A DNA stretch of 35,201 nucleotides from an uncultured Gammaproteobacteria bacterium (GCA_964530635.1 CAZGYI010000001.1:1-35201), one strand, 5' to 3'. Counted from the stretch's first letter, positions 1 to 8,508 are shown. A program made the numbers and translations. Notes: generated by a model not told the origin, from the letters alone.

Positions 1-1543
1 CAATATTAGCAGCTTCATTAATAGTATTAGCTAATCTCCAAAAAATATTATAAGTAGTAGTACTGCCCACGCGGGGCGGCAACGGCCCTGAACCTATTTT
101 AATCAACTGATCTGTGTAATATCTACCTTCGGCCTGAATTGATAATTGTGTGTTGATTTTTGTAATTATAGTATTGGATTCAGTAGCCACCGGCTGTAAT
201 TTATCCCCTACTAGCTGTTCGGCGCGAGCTTTGACACTAGTATTAAAACTATAAGGCGCCATATTATTAGGGGCTATACTAACCACTTTCATGCGAAAAT
301 TAATACTACCCTTAGACCCAGGCATTATATTAGCTAAACTAGGTATTTGCTCTTTAGTCCAAACAACCAAACCTTCTTCTGGTTTAAACGCGGCTGAGGT
401 ATCGGTTTGCCAAGATGTCCAATCCAACAACTGCGAATCTAACTTAGCTTCTAATACTAAATTAACCAAAACTATTTCTCCTTCGTTAGCATAGCGCAGT
501 TCAAAATCTATTTGTTCCCCCCAATCAGCATAGCTTTTTAGTGCCACCTGATTGGCAGTTAATGATAAGGTTAAATGTGATTCAATCAAAGTTATTGAAA
601 TTTTCTTTTCTTCTTGAATAGTAAAAGTATTATCCTCATTAATAACGCCAATAGCTATTAAAAAATTCTGAATACCAGCATTGGCTGAAGTAGTAAATCT
701 TCCCTTAAATTCCAATTCGCCAAAACTTTTAGCTGGTAAATCCTCTAATTTCCATAGATTTGTTTCCCCAATCACTGAATCTAATCTAGGTAAATCTAGT
801 TCAAAACCATTGGGATTGGTTAATTTTAATGCCAAATTAGGAAGCATCGCTGTAGAAGTATTATTATACTTAACTTTTAAAACCAAATCTTGGTCAAAGG
901 GTAATTGTGCTGGAGCCACTAAATCTACCGTCACCACTGAGGCTATTAATTCCGTGGAAAAAAATACTGTTTTGGCGAACTGCGCCCTAAAATTCTCTGG
1001 CTCATAAGTAAAAACTGCTGCTAATTTCTTAATCTCGCCAACTTCGCCAACTAACTGACCAGTTATAATTAGTTCGCCGCTACCCTTAGCCTTCACCTGC
1101 CCCAACATAAATCTAGTTTTAGCTTCATCGTCGGCTGAAAGATTAGTTTCAGTTACAGTGAAACCTTCGGGATAGCGAAAATTAACTTCTAATAAACTCA
1201 AACCAACTCCCTGATCATTATTCCAAGATAAGGTATAATTAATGATTTGCCCTGAAGGAGCATTAACAGGTCCTGCTAATTTTACCTTAACCGCTTCTTC
1301 GCCAAATTTTGTATTTTGATCACTAAAAAACACAAACCAAATTCCACCTACAATAACTAACACTAATAAAGTGGTAGTCAGCCACAACCAACCGCGTTGA
1401 CGCGAGGCCTTCTTCCTTAAAATACGAAAATCCTCAGGCGGATCTTGACGATACATCTGTGCTAATTCACGTTCTGCTGCTTCAGTAGCCGATAGTGAAT
1501 TTTTAGGTTTTGATAAAGTATCTAAAACAGGACGACGAGCCAT
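1..1543 (-). CDS. Membrane-anchored surface protein with repeated beta-sandwich-like modules (DUF11/CARDB-like guess); C-terminus runs off the window
   Basis: Absent from the ORF track, presumably because it is open at the window edge. Hand translation from ATG 1543-1541 gives MARRPVLDTLSKPKNS...RQRGWLWLTTTLLVLVIVGGIWFVFF (one TM helix). It then continues without a stop to position 1. The ATG lies 4 nt after the recO stop, so it is probably co-transcribed. Confidence 0.6.
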   Translation of the reverse strand, partial: MARRPVLDTLSKPKNSLSATEAAERELAQMYRQDPPEDFRILRKKASRQRGWLWLTTTLLVLVIVGGIWFVFFSDQNTKFGEEAVKVKLAGPVNAPSGQIINYTLSWNNDQGVGLSLLEVNFRYPEGFTVTETNLSADDEAKTRFMLGQVKAKGSGELIITGQLVGEVGEIKKLAAVFTYEPENFRAQFAKTVFFSTELIASVVTVDLVAPAQLPFDQDLVLKVKYNNTSTAMLPNLALKLTNPNGFELDLPRLDSVIGETNLWKLEDLPAKSFGELEFKGRFTTSANAGIQNFLIAIGVINEDNTFTIQEEKKISITLIESHLTLSLTANQVALKSYADWGEQIDFELRYANEGEIVLVNLVLEAKLDSQLLDWTSWQTDTSAAFKPEEGLVVWTKEQIPSLANIMPGSKGSINFRMKVVSIAPNNMAPYSFNTSVKARAEQLVGDKLQPVATESNTIITKINTQLSIQAEGRYYTDQLIKIGSGPLPPRVGSTTTYNIFWRLANTINEAANI

Positions 1544-1547
1544 ATAA

Positions 1548-2294
1548 CTATAGAATACTACGTAATAATTTTAATGTATAGAGCTGGCGACCCGCTTGAC
1601 CCTGCACATAATCAATTAAAAATCCTAAAAGTTCAACCGGCAATTGACGCTGGTAAGGCGGATCAGCGCGGGTAGCCATAGTATGTAAGTAACTTAAAGC
1701 GTAGTCAGTTAACAAAAATAAACCCTTATCAGCAACGCATTTTTGATGATAAAAACTGTGTTCCTTAAAACTAAATACTACCGGTGCTGCTAACTCGCCC
1801 TGGCATTTTTGGCAACGAGTAACCTGAATAGCTAAACCGGTTATTTTTAATATCTTATAAATGAATCTGCCTAAAAAAATTCTGGCCCGTTCCCTCCAAA
1901 CTAGTTCTTCTTTAGGTAAATCTTTTAACTGGCTTAAATAATATTTTAAAGATTTTAATAATTCTGGTTCGGGAGCGCCTAAAGATGTCAGCACATCGGT
2001 AATTTCTAAAAATGAAGTTCCTAAAATAGCCGTATTTAGATGATAGGGCGTTTTTAAAAATATTTTTTTTAGTTCAGCGCCAGCTAACTTATCATATTTT
2101 TTACCCGGCGCTATCTGCACTTGAACCTCACCAAAAATTACCAAATGCGGTGCTAATTTGGATAAAATTTTGCGCGAACTAGTAGCCACTGCTTCCACCT
2201 TACCCCGCCGTTCAGTAAAAATCGTATATAACCGATCATTTTGTTTATAACTTTTAGCACGCAAAACTATGCCAGTAGTAGTATAAGTAGACAT
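1548..2294 (-). CDS. recO: DNA repair protein RecO
   Basis: 248 aa. The N-terminal OB-like region (TGIVLRAKSYKQNDRLYTIFTERRGKVEAV) and a C-terminal Cys cluster (CQKCQ...HQKC) are typical of RecO. It starts 3 nt after the ileS stop. Confidence 0.8.
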   Translation of the reverse strand: MSTYTTTGIVLRAKSYKQNDRLYTIFTERRGKVEAVATSSRKILSKLAPHLVIFGEVQVQIAPGKKYDKLAGAELKKIFLKTPYHLNTAILGTSFLEITDVLTSLGAPEPELLKSLKYYLSQLKDLPKEELVWRERARIFLGRFIYKILKITGLAIQVTRCQKCQGELAAPVVFSFKEHSFYHQKCVADKGLFLLTDYALSYLHTMATRADPPYQRQLPVELLGFLIDYVQGQAGRQLYTLKLLRSIL

Positions 2295-2297
2295 AAT

Positions 2298-5147
2298 TTA
2301 AACAAAACCAACTGTTACTTTTATACCTCTCAACTCAATAACACTATCCTGATTAGTCTCAGTAAATTCTATCTTACTGGCTAAAATATTCTTTATAACT
2401 AAATCTTTATTACTTTCCAATGTCACGCGTATTGAATCTGGTGAATTTATCTTTAAGATGACCTTATCTTTAACTGTTAATCCTTTATCTTTTCTTAAAG
2501 CATTCACTTGACGGATAAATTCGCGCACCAGACCCATCTCTTTAAGCTCTTCATTAATCATAGTATCAAGTTTGAAAGCGCTCCCTTTAACTACTTCTAA
2601 AACATTAATCTCCTCGGCAATAATACTTTGAAGATTTTCACTAAAATCAACTGCGGTAGTTAATTTTCTTAAAGGCTGTCTGACTTTAATACCCGCCTTG
2701 GCTCTTTCAGCTAAAGCTTGTTCAACCACCTCGCGTCCCTTAGCCATCTCGTTTAATATTTGATCGTCAATTATATCTTTTTTAGGCCAATCTTCTAAAT
2801 GCACTGATTCTTTACCACCGCGGACTCGCTGATATAATTCCTCAGCTATAAAAGGAGTAAAAGGTGCCAACAAAACCGACAAATTCTCCAACACAAACCC
2901 TAAAGTGGTAAGCGCTAAATTTTTATCATCGCTCCCTCCCTTAAATCGCTCACGACTACGCCTTAAATACCAAGTTGATAATTGAGTTACGAATTCAGTA
3001 ATTTTTCTGCTTGCTTCGGTAATTTCATATCTGTCTAAATGTTCAGTAACCTCATTAATTAATTTTTGCAATAAAGCTAAAATCCAACGGTCTAAAATAT
3101 TCGCTGATTTGGGCACTGTATTCGGCGCCGGAGAATTTTCTTGATACAACTCATAAAAAGTTAAAACATTAATTAAAATTAAAAAAGTACGTTTAATTAC
3201 TTCGTCCACTCCCATGGAATCAAAATTCTTTGGCTCACCCGGCTGATTGGCAGTATAAAAATGCCAACGCAGAGCATCAGCTCCATATTTTTGAAAAATT
3301 TCCCAAGGATCAACCACATTACCCTTGGATTTGGACATTTTCTGACCTAATTTGTCATTAATATGCCCCAAACAAATTACATTTTTATAAGGTGGATTAT
3401 CTTTAATCGCCCCTGATTTTTTAAGCAGAGTCGCCACTGCTACTAGTGTATAAAACCAACCTCGAGTTTGATCAATAGCTTCAGCAATAAAATCAGCTGG
3501 ATAACTTTGGGCTAGGAACGAGGAACTAGTGGCGAGATGAGGATACCCCCATTGAGCAAAAGGCATACTGCCTGAATCAAACCAACAATCAGCCACCTCT
3601 GGTACCCGTTTCATTTCACCCTTACCACATTTACAAAGCCAGGATATTTCGTCAACAAACGGTCTATGCGGATCAAAATTTTGATTTTTGATTTTTGATT
3701 TTTGATTTTCGTCTTCTACTAAATCCGCTAGTTCCTTTAAACTCCCTACACAGATTTGGTAGCCACACTGACTACATAACCAAATAGGTAACGGCGTTCC
3801 CCAATAGCGCTCACGTGAAATGGCCCAATCTTTAGCCCCTTCCAACCATTCACCAAACCGACCATACTTGATATGTTCTGGATACCAATTTATTTTCTCA
3901 TTAGCCGCTTTCATTTCTGCTCTTAAATCTGACATCTTAATAAACCAAGATGGTTTAGCATAGTAAAGCAGCGGCGTAGAACATCGCCAGCAAAAAGGAT
4001 AATCATGAGTATACATTTCTTCTTTAAACAACAAACCGCGCTGTTTTAAATCTTCAACTATTTCTGCTTCCACTTGTTTATCTTTGACAAATTTGCCAGC
4101 CCATTTGATTACCTCTTTAATAAAATAACCATTCTCTTGAACTGTATGATATTTAGGTAAACCGACTTTGGCACCCAAATTAAAATCATCCTCGCCATAC
4201 ATTACTGCTGTATGAACCACTCCTGTACCGTCTTCAGTGGTAACAAAATCTGCTTGATACACCTGGTACGATTTTTCGTTTTGTAAAGATTTAATATCAA
4301 AAAGTGGCTCATATTTTAATCCAACCAATTTTTTGCCAGGCATTTTTTCGACTATTTCATATTTTTTATCATTAAGCACATCTTTTATTCTGGCGCGAGC
4401 TAAAATTAAAAACTCGGAACCTACTTTCACTTTTTCGTACACGACATCACTACTGACAGCTAATGCCACATTACCTGGTAAAGTCCATGGTGTAGTTGTC
4501 CAAGATAAAATATAAGTATTGGGTTCTTCTACTAATTTAAATTTTAAATAAACAGATGGTTCAGTAACGCTTTTATACCCTAAGGCCACCTCGTGCGAAG
4601 AAAGTGCTGTGCCGCATCTGGGGCAATGCGGCAAAACTTTATAATCTTTATATAATAACCCAACCTCGTGAACTTTTTTCAAAATCCACCATAAACTTTC
4701 AATATAATAGTTTTCATAAGTCACATACGGATGCTCCAAATCCAGCCAAAAGCCCATACGCTCGGTTAATTTTTCCCAGTCAGCTTTATATTTCCAAACA
4801 TCTTCGCGGCAACGAGCATTAAATTTGGTTACGCCATATTTTTCAATATCTAGCTTACCGCGGAATTTAAGCTCTTTTTCCACTTGCAATTCTACTGGCA
4901 AACCTTGTGTATCCCAACCGGCCTTACGCGCTACCCGGTAACCCTGCATAGTTTTATAGCGTGGAATTAAATCTTTAAAAGCACGCGCCAACACATGATG
5001 AAGCCCAGGTTTGCCATTGGCAGTTGGCGGACCTTCAAAAAAAACAAAGCTTCCTTGAGGAGCTTTTTTCTCTAATGATTTTTGAAAAATATTATGCTTT
5101 TTCCAAAAATCCAAAATTCTTTCTTCAAGCTCGGAAAATTTAATCAT
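2298..5147 (-). CDS. ileS: Isoleucyl-tRNA synthetase (Thermus-like, probably type 2)
   Basis: Class I motifs PPTANGKPGLHHVLARAFKD and KMSKSKGN. CPRCGTALSSHEVALGYK and WFDSGSMP are characteristic of IleRS. The track start 5174 is a TTG inside a leader hairpin. I prefer ATG 5147 (MIKFSELEE) by alignment with the argS and rplT leaders. ATG 5156 is an alternative. Confidence 0.93.
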   Translation of the reverse strand: MIKFSELEERILDFWKKHNIFQKSLEKKAPQGSFVFFEGPPTANGKPGLHHVLARAFKDLIPRYKTMQGYRVARKAGWDTQGLPVELQVEKELKFRGKLDIEKYGVTKFNARCREDVWKYKADWEKLTERMGFWLDLEHPYVTYENYYIESLWWILKKVHEVGLLYKDYKVLPHCPRCGTALSSHEVALGYKSVTEPSVYLKFKLVEEPNTYILSWTTTPWTLPGNVALAVSSDVVYEKVKVGSEFLILARARIKDVLNDKKYEIVEKMPGKKLVGLKYEPLFDIKSLQNEKSYQVYQADFVTTEDGTGVVHTAVMYGEDDFNLGAKVGLPKYHTVQENGYFIKEVIKWAGKFVKDKQVEAEIVEDLKQRGLLFKEEMYTHDYPFCWRCSTPLLYYAKPSWFIKMSDLRAEMKAANEKINWYPEHIKYGRFGEWLEGAKDWAISRERYWGTPLPIWLCSQCGYQICVGSLKELADLVEDENQKSKIKNQNFDPHRPFVDEISWLCKCGKGEMKRVPEVADCWFDSGSMPFAQWGYPHLATSSSFLAQSYPADFIAEAIDQTRGWFYTLVAVATLLKKSGAIKDNPPYKNVICLGHINDKLGQKMSKSKGNVVDPWEIFQKYGADALRWHFYTANQPGEPKNFDSMGVDEVIKRTFLILINVLTFYELYQENSPAPNTVPKSANILDRWILALLQKLINEVTEHLDRYEITEASRKITEFVTQLSTWYLRRSRERFKGGSDDKNLALTTLGFVLENLSVLLAPFTPFIAEELYQRVRGGKESVHLEDWPKKDIIDDQILNEMAKGREVVEQALAERAKAGIKVRQPLRKLTTAVDFSENLQSIIAEEINVLEVVKGSAFKLDTMINEELKEMGLVREFIRQVNALRKDKGLTVKDKVILKINSPDSIRVTLESNKDLVIKNILASKIEFTETNQDSVIELRGIKVTVGFV

Positions 5148-5292
5148 ACCCCGCATATCAACCTTGCTCGCCAAAATTTAAGCGAGAGAAGTGTATTAAT
5201 GATAAATGCGTTAATCTAAGATTGAGCATAATTGATGTAGGGATTAGTATTTTGTCAATAAGTTTAAAAGCGAAGTTATATGACGGAACATA
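5148..5292 (-). promoter_or_regulatory. ileS promoter plus ~75-nt leader module, paralogous to the argS module
   Basis: Read on the minus strand: TTGACA (5258-5253), a 17-nt spacer, then the conserved TCAATTATGCTCAAT. The leader ends in hairpin CTCGC/GCGAG (5167-5171 with 5182-5186), then the box AAGGTTGATATGCGGGGT and the ATG. It is nearly identical to 7098-7208 plus 7355-7393, except in the 17-nt spacer. Confidence 0.6.
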
Positions 5293-5387
5293 ATGTTTTT
5301 ATTATAATAAAAAATTTACAAAAAAACAAGGCAAATACTTTAATAAAACATATTAACTATAAATAACCAACCCTCAACTTAATTTAG

Positions 5388-7097
5388 TTACATTTTTTCC
5401 ACCGTCTCTATCCCCAAGATACTCAAACCTCGCTTTAAAATCTCTGCTGAATATTTAACTAATTCTAAACGCCAAGAACGCAATGGTTCTGCTGCTTTTA
5501 ATACCGGCACCTCATGATAATAAGAATTAACGGAATTTGCTAAATCGTAAAGATAATTAGCTACTAGGTGTGGAGAATTTTCTTGAGCAATACGGATTAG
5601 AGCATCAGGGTATTGCACTAATTTTCTTAATAATTCTAAATCGCTGTCTTCCAAATATCTAGAATTAAATTTAAACTTTTTTATTTTTCCAGCTTTGGCT
5701 AAAATGCTTTTAAGGCGAACATAAGTATATTGCAAATACGGTCCACTATTACCAGTAAAAGATAACATTTTTTGCCAATTGAAAATTATATCAGTCAAAC
5801 GATTCTGCGAAAGATCATTGTATTTAATAGCACCCATACCTACCGCTTCAGCTACCCTAGCTTTGACAGCTGATGATAACTGGGGGTTCTTTTTTTGTAC
5901 TATTCGCCAAGCCAAATCTACTGCTTTATTAAACAACTCTTCCAATCTAATGATTTTTCCTTCACGAGTGGCCATTTTTTTACCGTCTGCACCGAACACA
6001 AAACCAAATTTTATGTGCTGCGCTTTGGTTTTACCCAAATAACCAGCCAAGCTGGCTGTAGCAAATAATTGGTCAAAATATAAAGACTGCTCACTGCCCA
6101 CCACATAAAGCATCAACCAAGGTTTGTATCTATTAACGCGCGTTCTTAAAGCGGCTAAATCGCGGGTAGCATAAAGTGAAGCACCATCGGATTTTTGCAC
6201 CAGCATTGCCGGCAACTTTTCATCATCAAACATTACTACCGCCGAACCATCTGAATTCTTAGTAACTATTTTTTGTTTAATCAAATCTTTAAGTACAGCC
6301 ATTAATGTCCGTTGATACATACTTTCACTTTCCCAGTGATTAAATTTTATTCCTAAACGTTGATATAACTGATTAAATTCCCTTAGGGAAAAGGTTTTAA
6401 ACATCTGCCAAATCGCCCGTAACTTAGGATTGCCATCTTCTAATTTTTTAAAAGCAAGCTGGGCTTCTTTTTCTAATTCAGGATACTTGATTGCTTGCTT
6501 ATGAAAATAAACATAAACTCTCAACATTTCAGTAATCGGATTCTTTTTTAAATTAACCTTACTGCCCCATTTTTGATAAGCCACCAAAAGTTTTCCGAAT
6601 TGTGTACCCCAATCACCTAAATAATTTAAACTGATTACTTTGGCGCCCAGAGCGCGATAAATATTAACCAAAGCCTGACCAATAATAGTAGAACGCAAGT
6701 GTCCGATATGCATAGGTTTGGCAATATTGGGCGAGGAATATTCAATCACAATTTTCTTGCCACGATACAATGGAAAAATTGCCGTTTCAACCTGTTTAAT
6801 TAATTCCTCATATAAAGCTTCTGATGATAAGAAAAAATTAACAAAACCAGGACCAGCTGGCTCAACTTTGGCAAAATGCTGACGAATAAATTTATTTTGT
6901 ACTAATTCCCCTACTAAAGTATCAGCTATCTGGCTGGTAGGCACCCCCCAACGCGCTGCTACTTTAAGCGCTACATTAGTGGTAAAATCTCCCTGCCACA
7001 ATTCCTTGGGACAGGCAATTTCTACATCTTCAACTGGTATTTGCCAATGAGCTTTTGCCACCTTACCAATTTCCTGTTGTAATCTTTTGATTAACAT
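5388..7097 (-). CDS. argS: Arginyl-tRNA synthetase
   Basis: SSPNIAKPMHIGHLRSTIIG (HIGH motif). The Arg-tRNA synthetase N-domain and C-terminal DALR-like anticodon-binding region follow the usual layout. The track start 7124 is a TTG in the leader hairpin. ATG 7097 (MLIKRLQQE) follows the conserved GTTGATAT box. Confidence 0.93.
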   Translation of the reverse strand: MLIKRLQQEIGKVAKAHWQIPVEDVEIACPKELWQGDFTTNVALKVAARWGVPTSQIADTLVGELVQNKFIRQHFAKVEPAGPGFVNFFLSSEALYEELIKQVETAIFPLYRGKKIVIEYSSPNIAKPMHIGHLRSTIIGQALVNIYRALGAKVISLNYLGDWGTQFGKLLVAYQKWGSKVNLKKNPITEMLRVYVYFHKQAIKYPELEKEAQLAFKKLEDGNPKLRAIWQMFKTFSLREFNQLYQRLGIKFNHWESESMYQRTLMAVLKDLIKQKIVTKNSDGSAVVMFDDEKLPAMLVQKSDGASLYATRDLAALRTRVNRYKPWLMLYVVGSEQSLYFDQLFATASLAGYLGKTKAQHIKFGFVFGADGKKMATREGKIIRLEELFNKAVDLAWRIVQKKNPQLSSAVKARVAEAVGMGAIKYNDLSQNRLTDIIFNWQKMLSFTGNSGPYLQYTYVRLKSILAKAGKIKKFKFNSRYLEDSDLELLRKLVQYPDALIRIAQENSPHLVANYLYDLANSVNSYYHEVPVLKAAEPLRSWRLELVKYSAEILKRGLSILGIETVEKM

Positions 7098-7393
7098 AAT
7101 CCGTATATCAACTTCGCTCGCCAAAATTTAAGCGAGAGAAGTGTATTAATGATAAATGCGTTAATCTAAAATTGAGCATAATTGAAGTTAAGAGAATAAT
7201 TTTGTCAAGCCGCGTCTGGCCGCTCGGTGGCTACCCATATGCCAAGCATATGGGTATGCCCGCCACCTCGCTGTCGTTTTGCGATCCAGACGCGGGAATA
7301 TCTATTTGCGCTCTGAGTCCCCAATGCCAAGCATTGGGGCGTGTCGCGAAGGCGGTCAATAAGTTTAAAAGCGAAGTTATATTACGGGAATAA
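7098..7393 (-). promoter_or_regulatory. argS promoter-leader module, second copy of the ileS module, interrupted by a 146-bp insertion
   Basis: 7098-7208 and 7355-7393 align base for base with 5148-5292. TTGACA is the reverse complement of 7203-7208. The hairpin is CTCGC/GCGAG, followed by the box GAAGTTGATATACGGATT and the ATG. Confidence 0.6.
7209..7354. mobile_element. MITE-like GC-rich structured insertion flanked by direct GTCAA copies
   Basis: Absent from the otherwise co-linear ileS module. GTCAA occurs at 7204-7208 and again at 7355-7359. Internal structure: a 10-bp stem (7210-7219 with 7286-7295), a 6-bp stem (7226-7231 with 7262-7267), and two paralogous 9-bp hairpins with a CAA triloop (7234-7254 and 7319-7339). 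Confidence 0.5.
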
Positions 7394-7439
7394 CAATTTT
7401 ATTATAGCAGAAATCTTAGTTTATTACTTCATAACAAGA

Positions 7440-7620
7440 ATAAATTAATAAATCTGCCCCTATCACGCAAGACCCGCTGCGCAACGCGAGTTGACAAACG
7501 TGGGCACGAGCGTGTTCTGGTCACTTTTGCATAGCGGGCGCCAACGAGCCAACGAGCACTACTCGGGCCTTGCGCGCCTGAATGGTAATCTTTTTATTAC
7601 TTCTTCTAAAGAAGTAATAA
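7440..7620. repeat. GC-rich structured repeat, family X copy 1, plus a 12-bp AT hairpin; ncRNA or non-autonomous element
   Basis: Roughly 75 percent identical by eye to 29899-30005, e.g. GCTGCG..AGTTG.C.AACG.GGGC.CGAGCGTGTT...TGCATAGCG.GCGCCA..GAGCCA. Closing helix is CGCAAGaCCC (about 7466-7475) with GGGcCTTGCG (about 7565-7574). Perfect hairpin 7594-7605 with 7609-7620. Confidence 0.5.
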
Positions 7621-7639
7621 AAATATCTAAAAATTAAAA

Positions 7640-7698
7640 ATAAACTCAAAAATCCCGATGTCCGCCCTTAGCCTGTCGGCAAAGGCAAACAATCGGGG
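7640..7698 (-). terminator. Probable rho-independent terminator after rplT, with a large structured loop
   Basis: Minus strand stem CCCGAT/ATCGGG (7692-7697 with 7654-7659), followed by ATTTTTGAGTTTATTTTT. Confidence 0.5.
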
Positions 7699-7725
7699 CC
7701 TGATCAACAATAAAAAATTTACCAA

Positions 7726-8079
7726 CTATGACTTGGACTTTACCAGTTCTACTACTTTAGCAAAAACAACTGGATGCTCTTGGGCTAATTGAGATAAAAT
7801 CTTGCGATTTAAATTAACTTTGGCTTTTTTTAACAAATTAATAAATTGACTATAAGTTAAACCATGTTCCCTAACCGCGGCATTTAATCTAACAGTCCAT
7901 AACTTGCGAAATTCCCGCTTGCGGTTGCGGCGATCGCGATAAGCATAAACGCCAGCTTTGCGGGCGGCCACTTTAGCCAACTTAATTTTACTTTTACGGC
8001 CCCAACGATACCCCCTGGTACGCTTTAAAATATTTCTTACTCTTTTAGCGTGCATTAGCCCTCGTTTGACTCTTGACAT
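7726..8079 (-). CDS. rplT: 50S ribosomal protein L20
   Basis: MSRVKRGLMHAKRVRNILKRTRGYRWGRKS... is a canonical L20 N-terminus. 117 aa, ATG start. Confidence 0.95.
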   Translation of the reverse strand: MSRVKRGLMHAKRVRNILKRTRGYRWGRKSKIKLAKVAARKAGVYAYRDRRNRKREFRKLWTVRLNAAVREHGLTYSQFINLLKKAKVNLNRKILSQLAQEHPVVFAKVVELVKSKS

Positions 8080-8129
8080 ACCCAGTATATCAACTTTGCT
8101 CGCAAAAAAATTAGCGAGCTTGGGTTGAT
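8080..8129 (-). promoter_or_regulatory. rplT leader hairpin plus GTTGATAT box, third copy of the ileS/argS motif
   Basis: Minus strand reads ATCAAC-cca-AGCTCGC-taattttttt-GCGAGC-aaa-GTTGAT-ATACTGGGT-ATG. Helices are 8089-8094 with 8124-8129, and 8098-8103 with 8114-8119. Confidence 0.5.
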
Positions 8130-8267
8130 GAATTAATAATTAGTAATTGGATGATATTTAATCTCATGACGATTAATGAACTTATTTTTGCGCCAGTAGT
8201 GAGCTGAAGCAGAGTTGTATTACTGGGATAAATTAATAAACCTAAATTCTAATTTCTAAATCCTAAA

Positions 8268-8465
8268 TTAACTTCCAGGAATTAATTTTCTTAAAGCCTT
8301 TACATTAACATCGGCAATAATTGAATCGCGCCGTTTACCCATAGTCACCTTGCCTGATTCTCGCGCATTAAAATGATCCTGACCAGCAGTACGTTTTAAA
8401 AATTTACCGCGAGCAGAAATCTTAAATCTTTTAACTGTAGCTTGATGAGTTCTCTTCTTGGGCAT
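8268..8465 (-). CDS. rpmI: 50S ribosomal protein L35
   Basis: MPKKRTHQATVKRFKISARGKFLKRTAGQDH is a canonical L35 sequence. 65 aa. Confidence 0.93.
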   Translation of the reverse strand: MPKKRTHQATVKRFKISARGKFLKRTAGQDHFNARESGKVTMGKRRDSIIADVNVKALRKLIPGS

Positions 8466-8508
8466 AGTAATAATTAAAAAATCAAAATGTAAAATTATTT
8501 AATTGTTT

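Noticed and set aside
5148-5174. TTG-initiated N-terminal extensions MASKVDMRG (ileS) and MASEVDIRI (argS, 7098-7124)
   Set aside because: They are translations of the shared leader hairpin and box. The same nucleotide motif precedes rplT, where it is clearly non-coding.
5148-5292. T-box riboswitch as an explanation for the ileS/argS leaders
   Set aside because: The leaders are nearly identical for two different amino acids. They are only about 75 nt long and lack the T-box consensus (..GGGTGGTACCGCG..) and any specifier-loop architecture.
7172-7393. 73-aa plus-strand ORF in the track
   Set aside because: It lies entirely within the argS promoter module and the GC-rich hairpin insertion. 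Its sequence is explained by palindromic stems, and it has no Shine-Dalgarno.
7440-7720. RNase P RNA, SRP RNA or 6S RNA identity for GC-rich intergenic blocks (also 19421-19560 and 29899-30178)
   Set aside because: I looked on both strands for GGAAAGTCC / ACAGAA..GGCTTA (RNase P) and for the SRP domain IV GGAA-loop context, and found neither. These regions remain unassigned.
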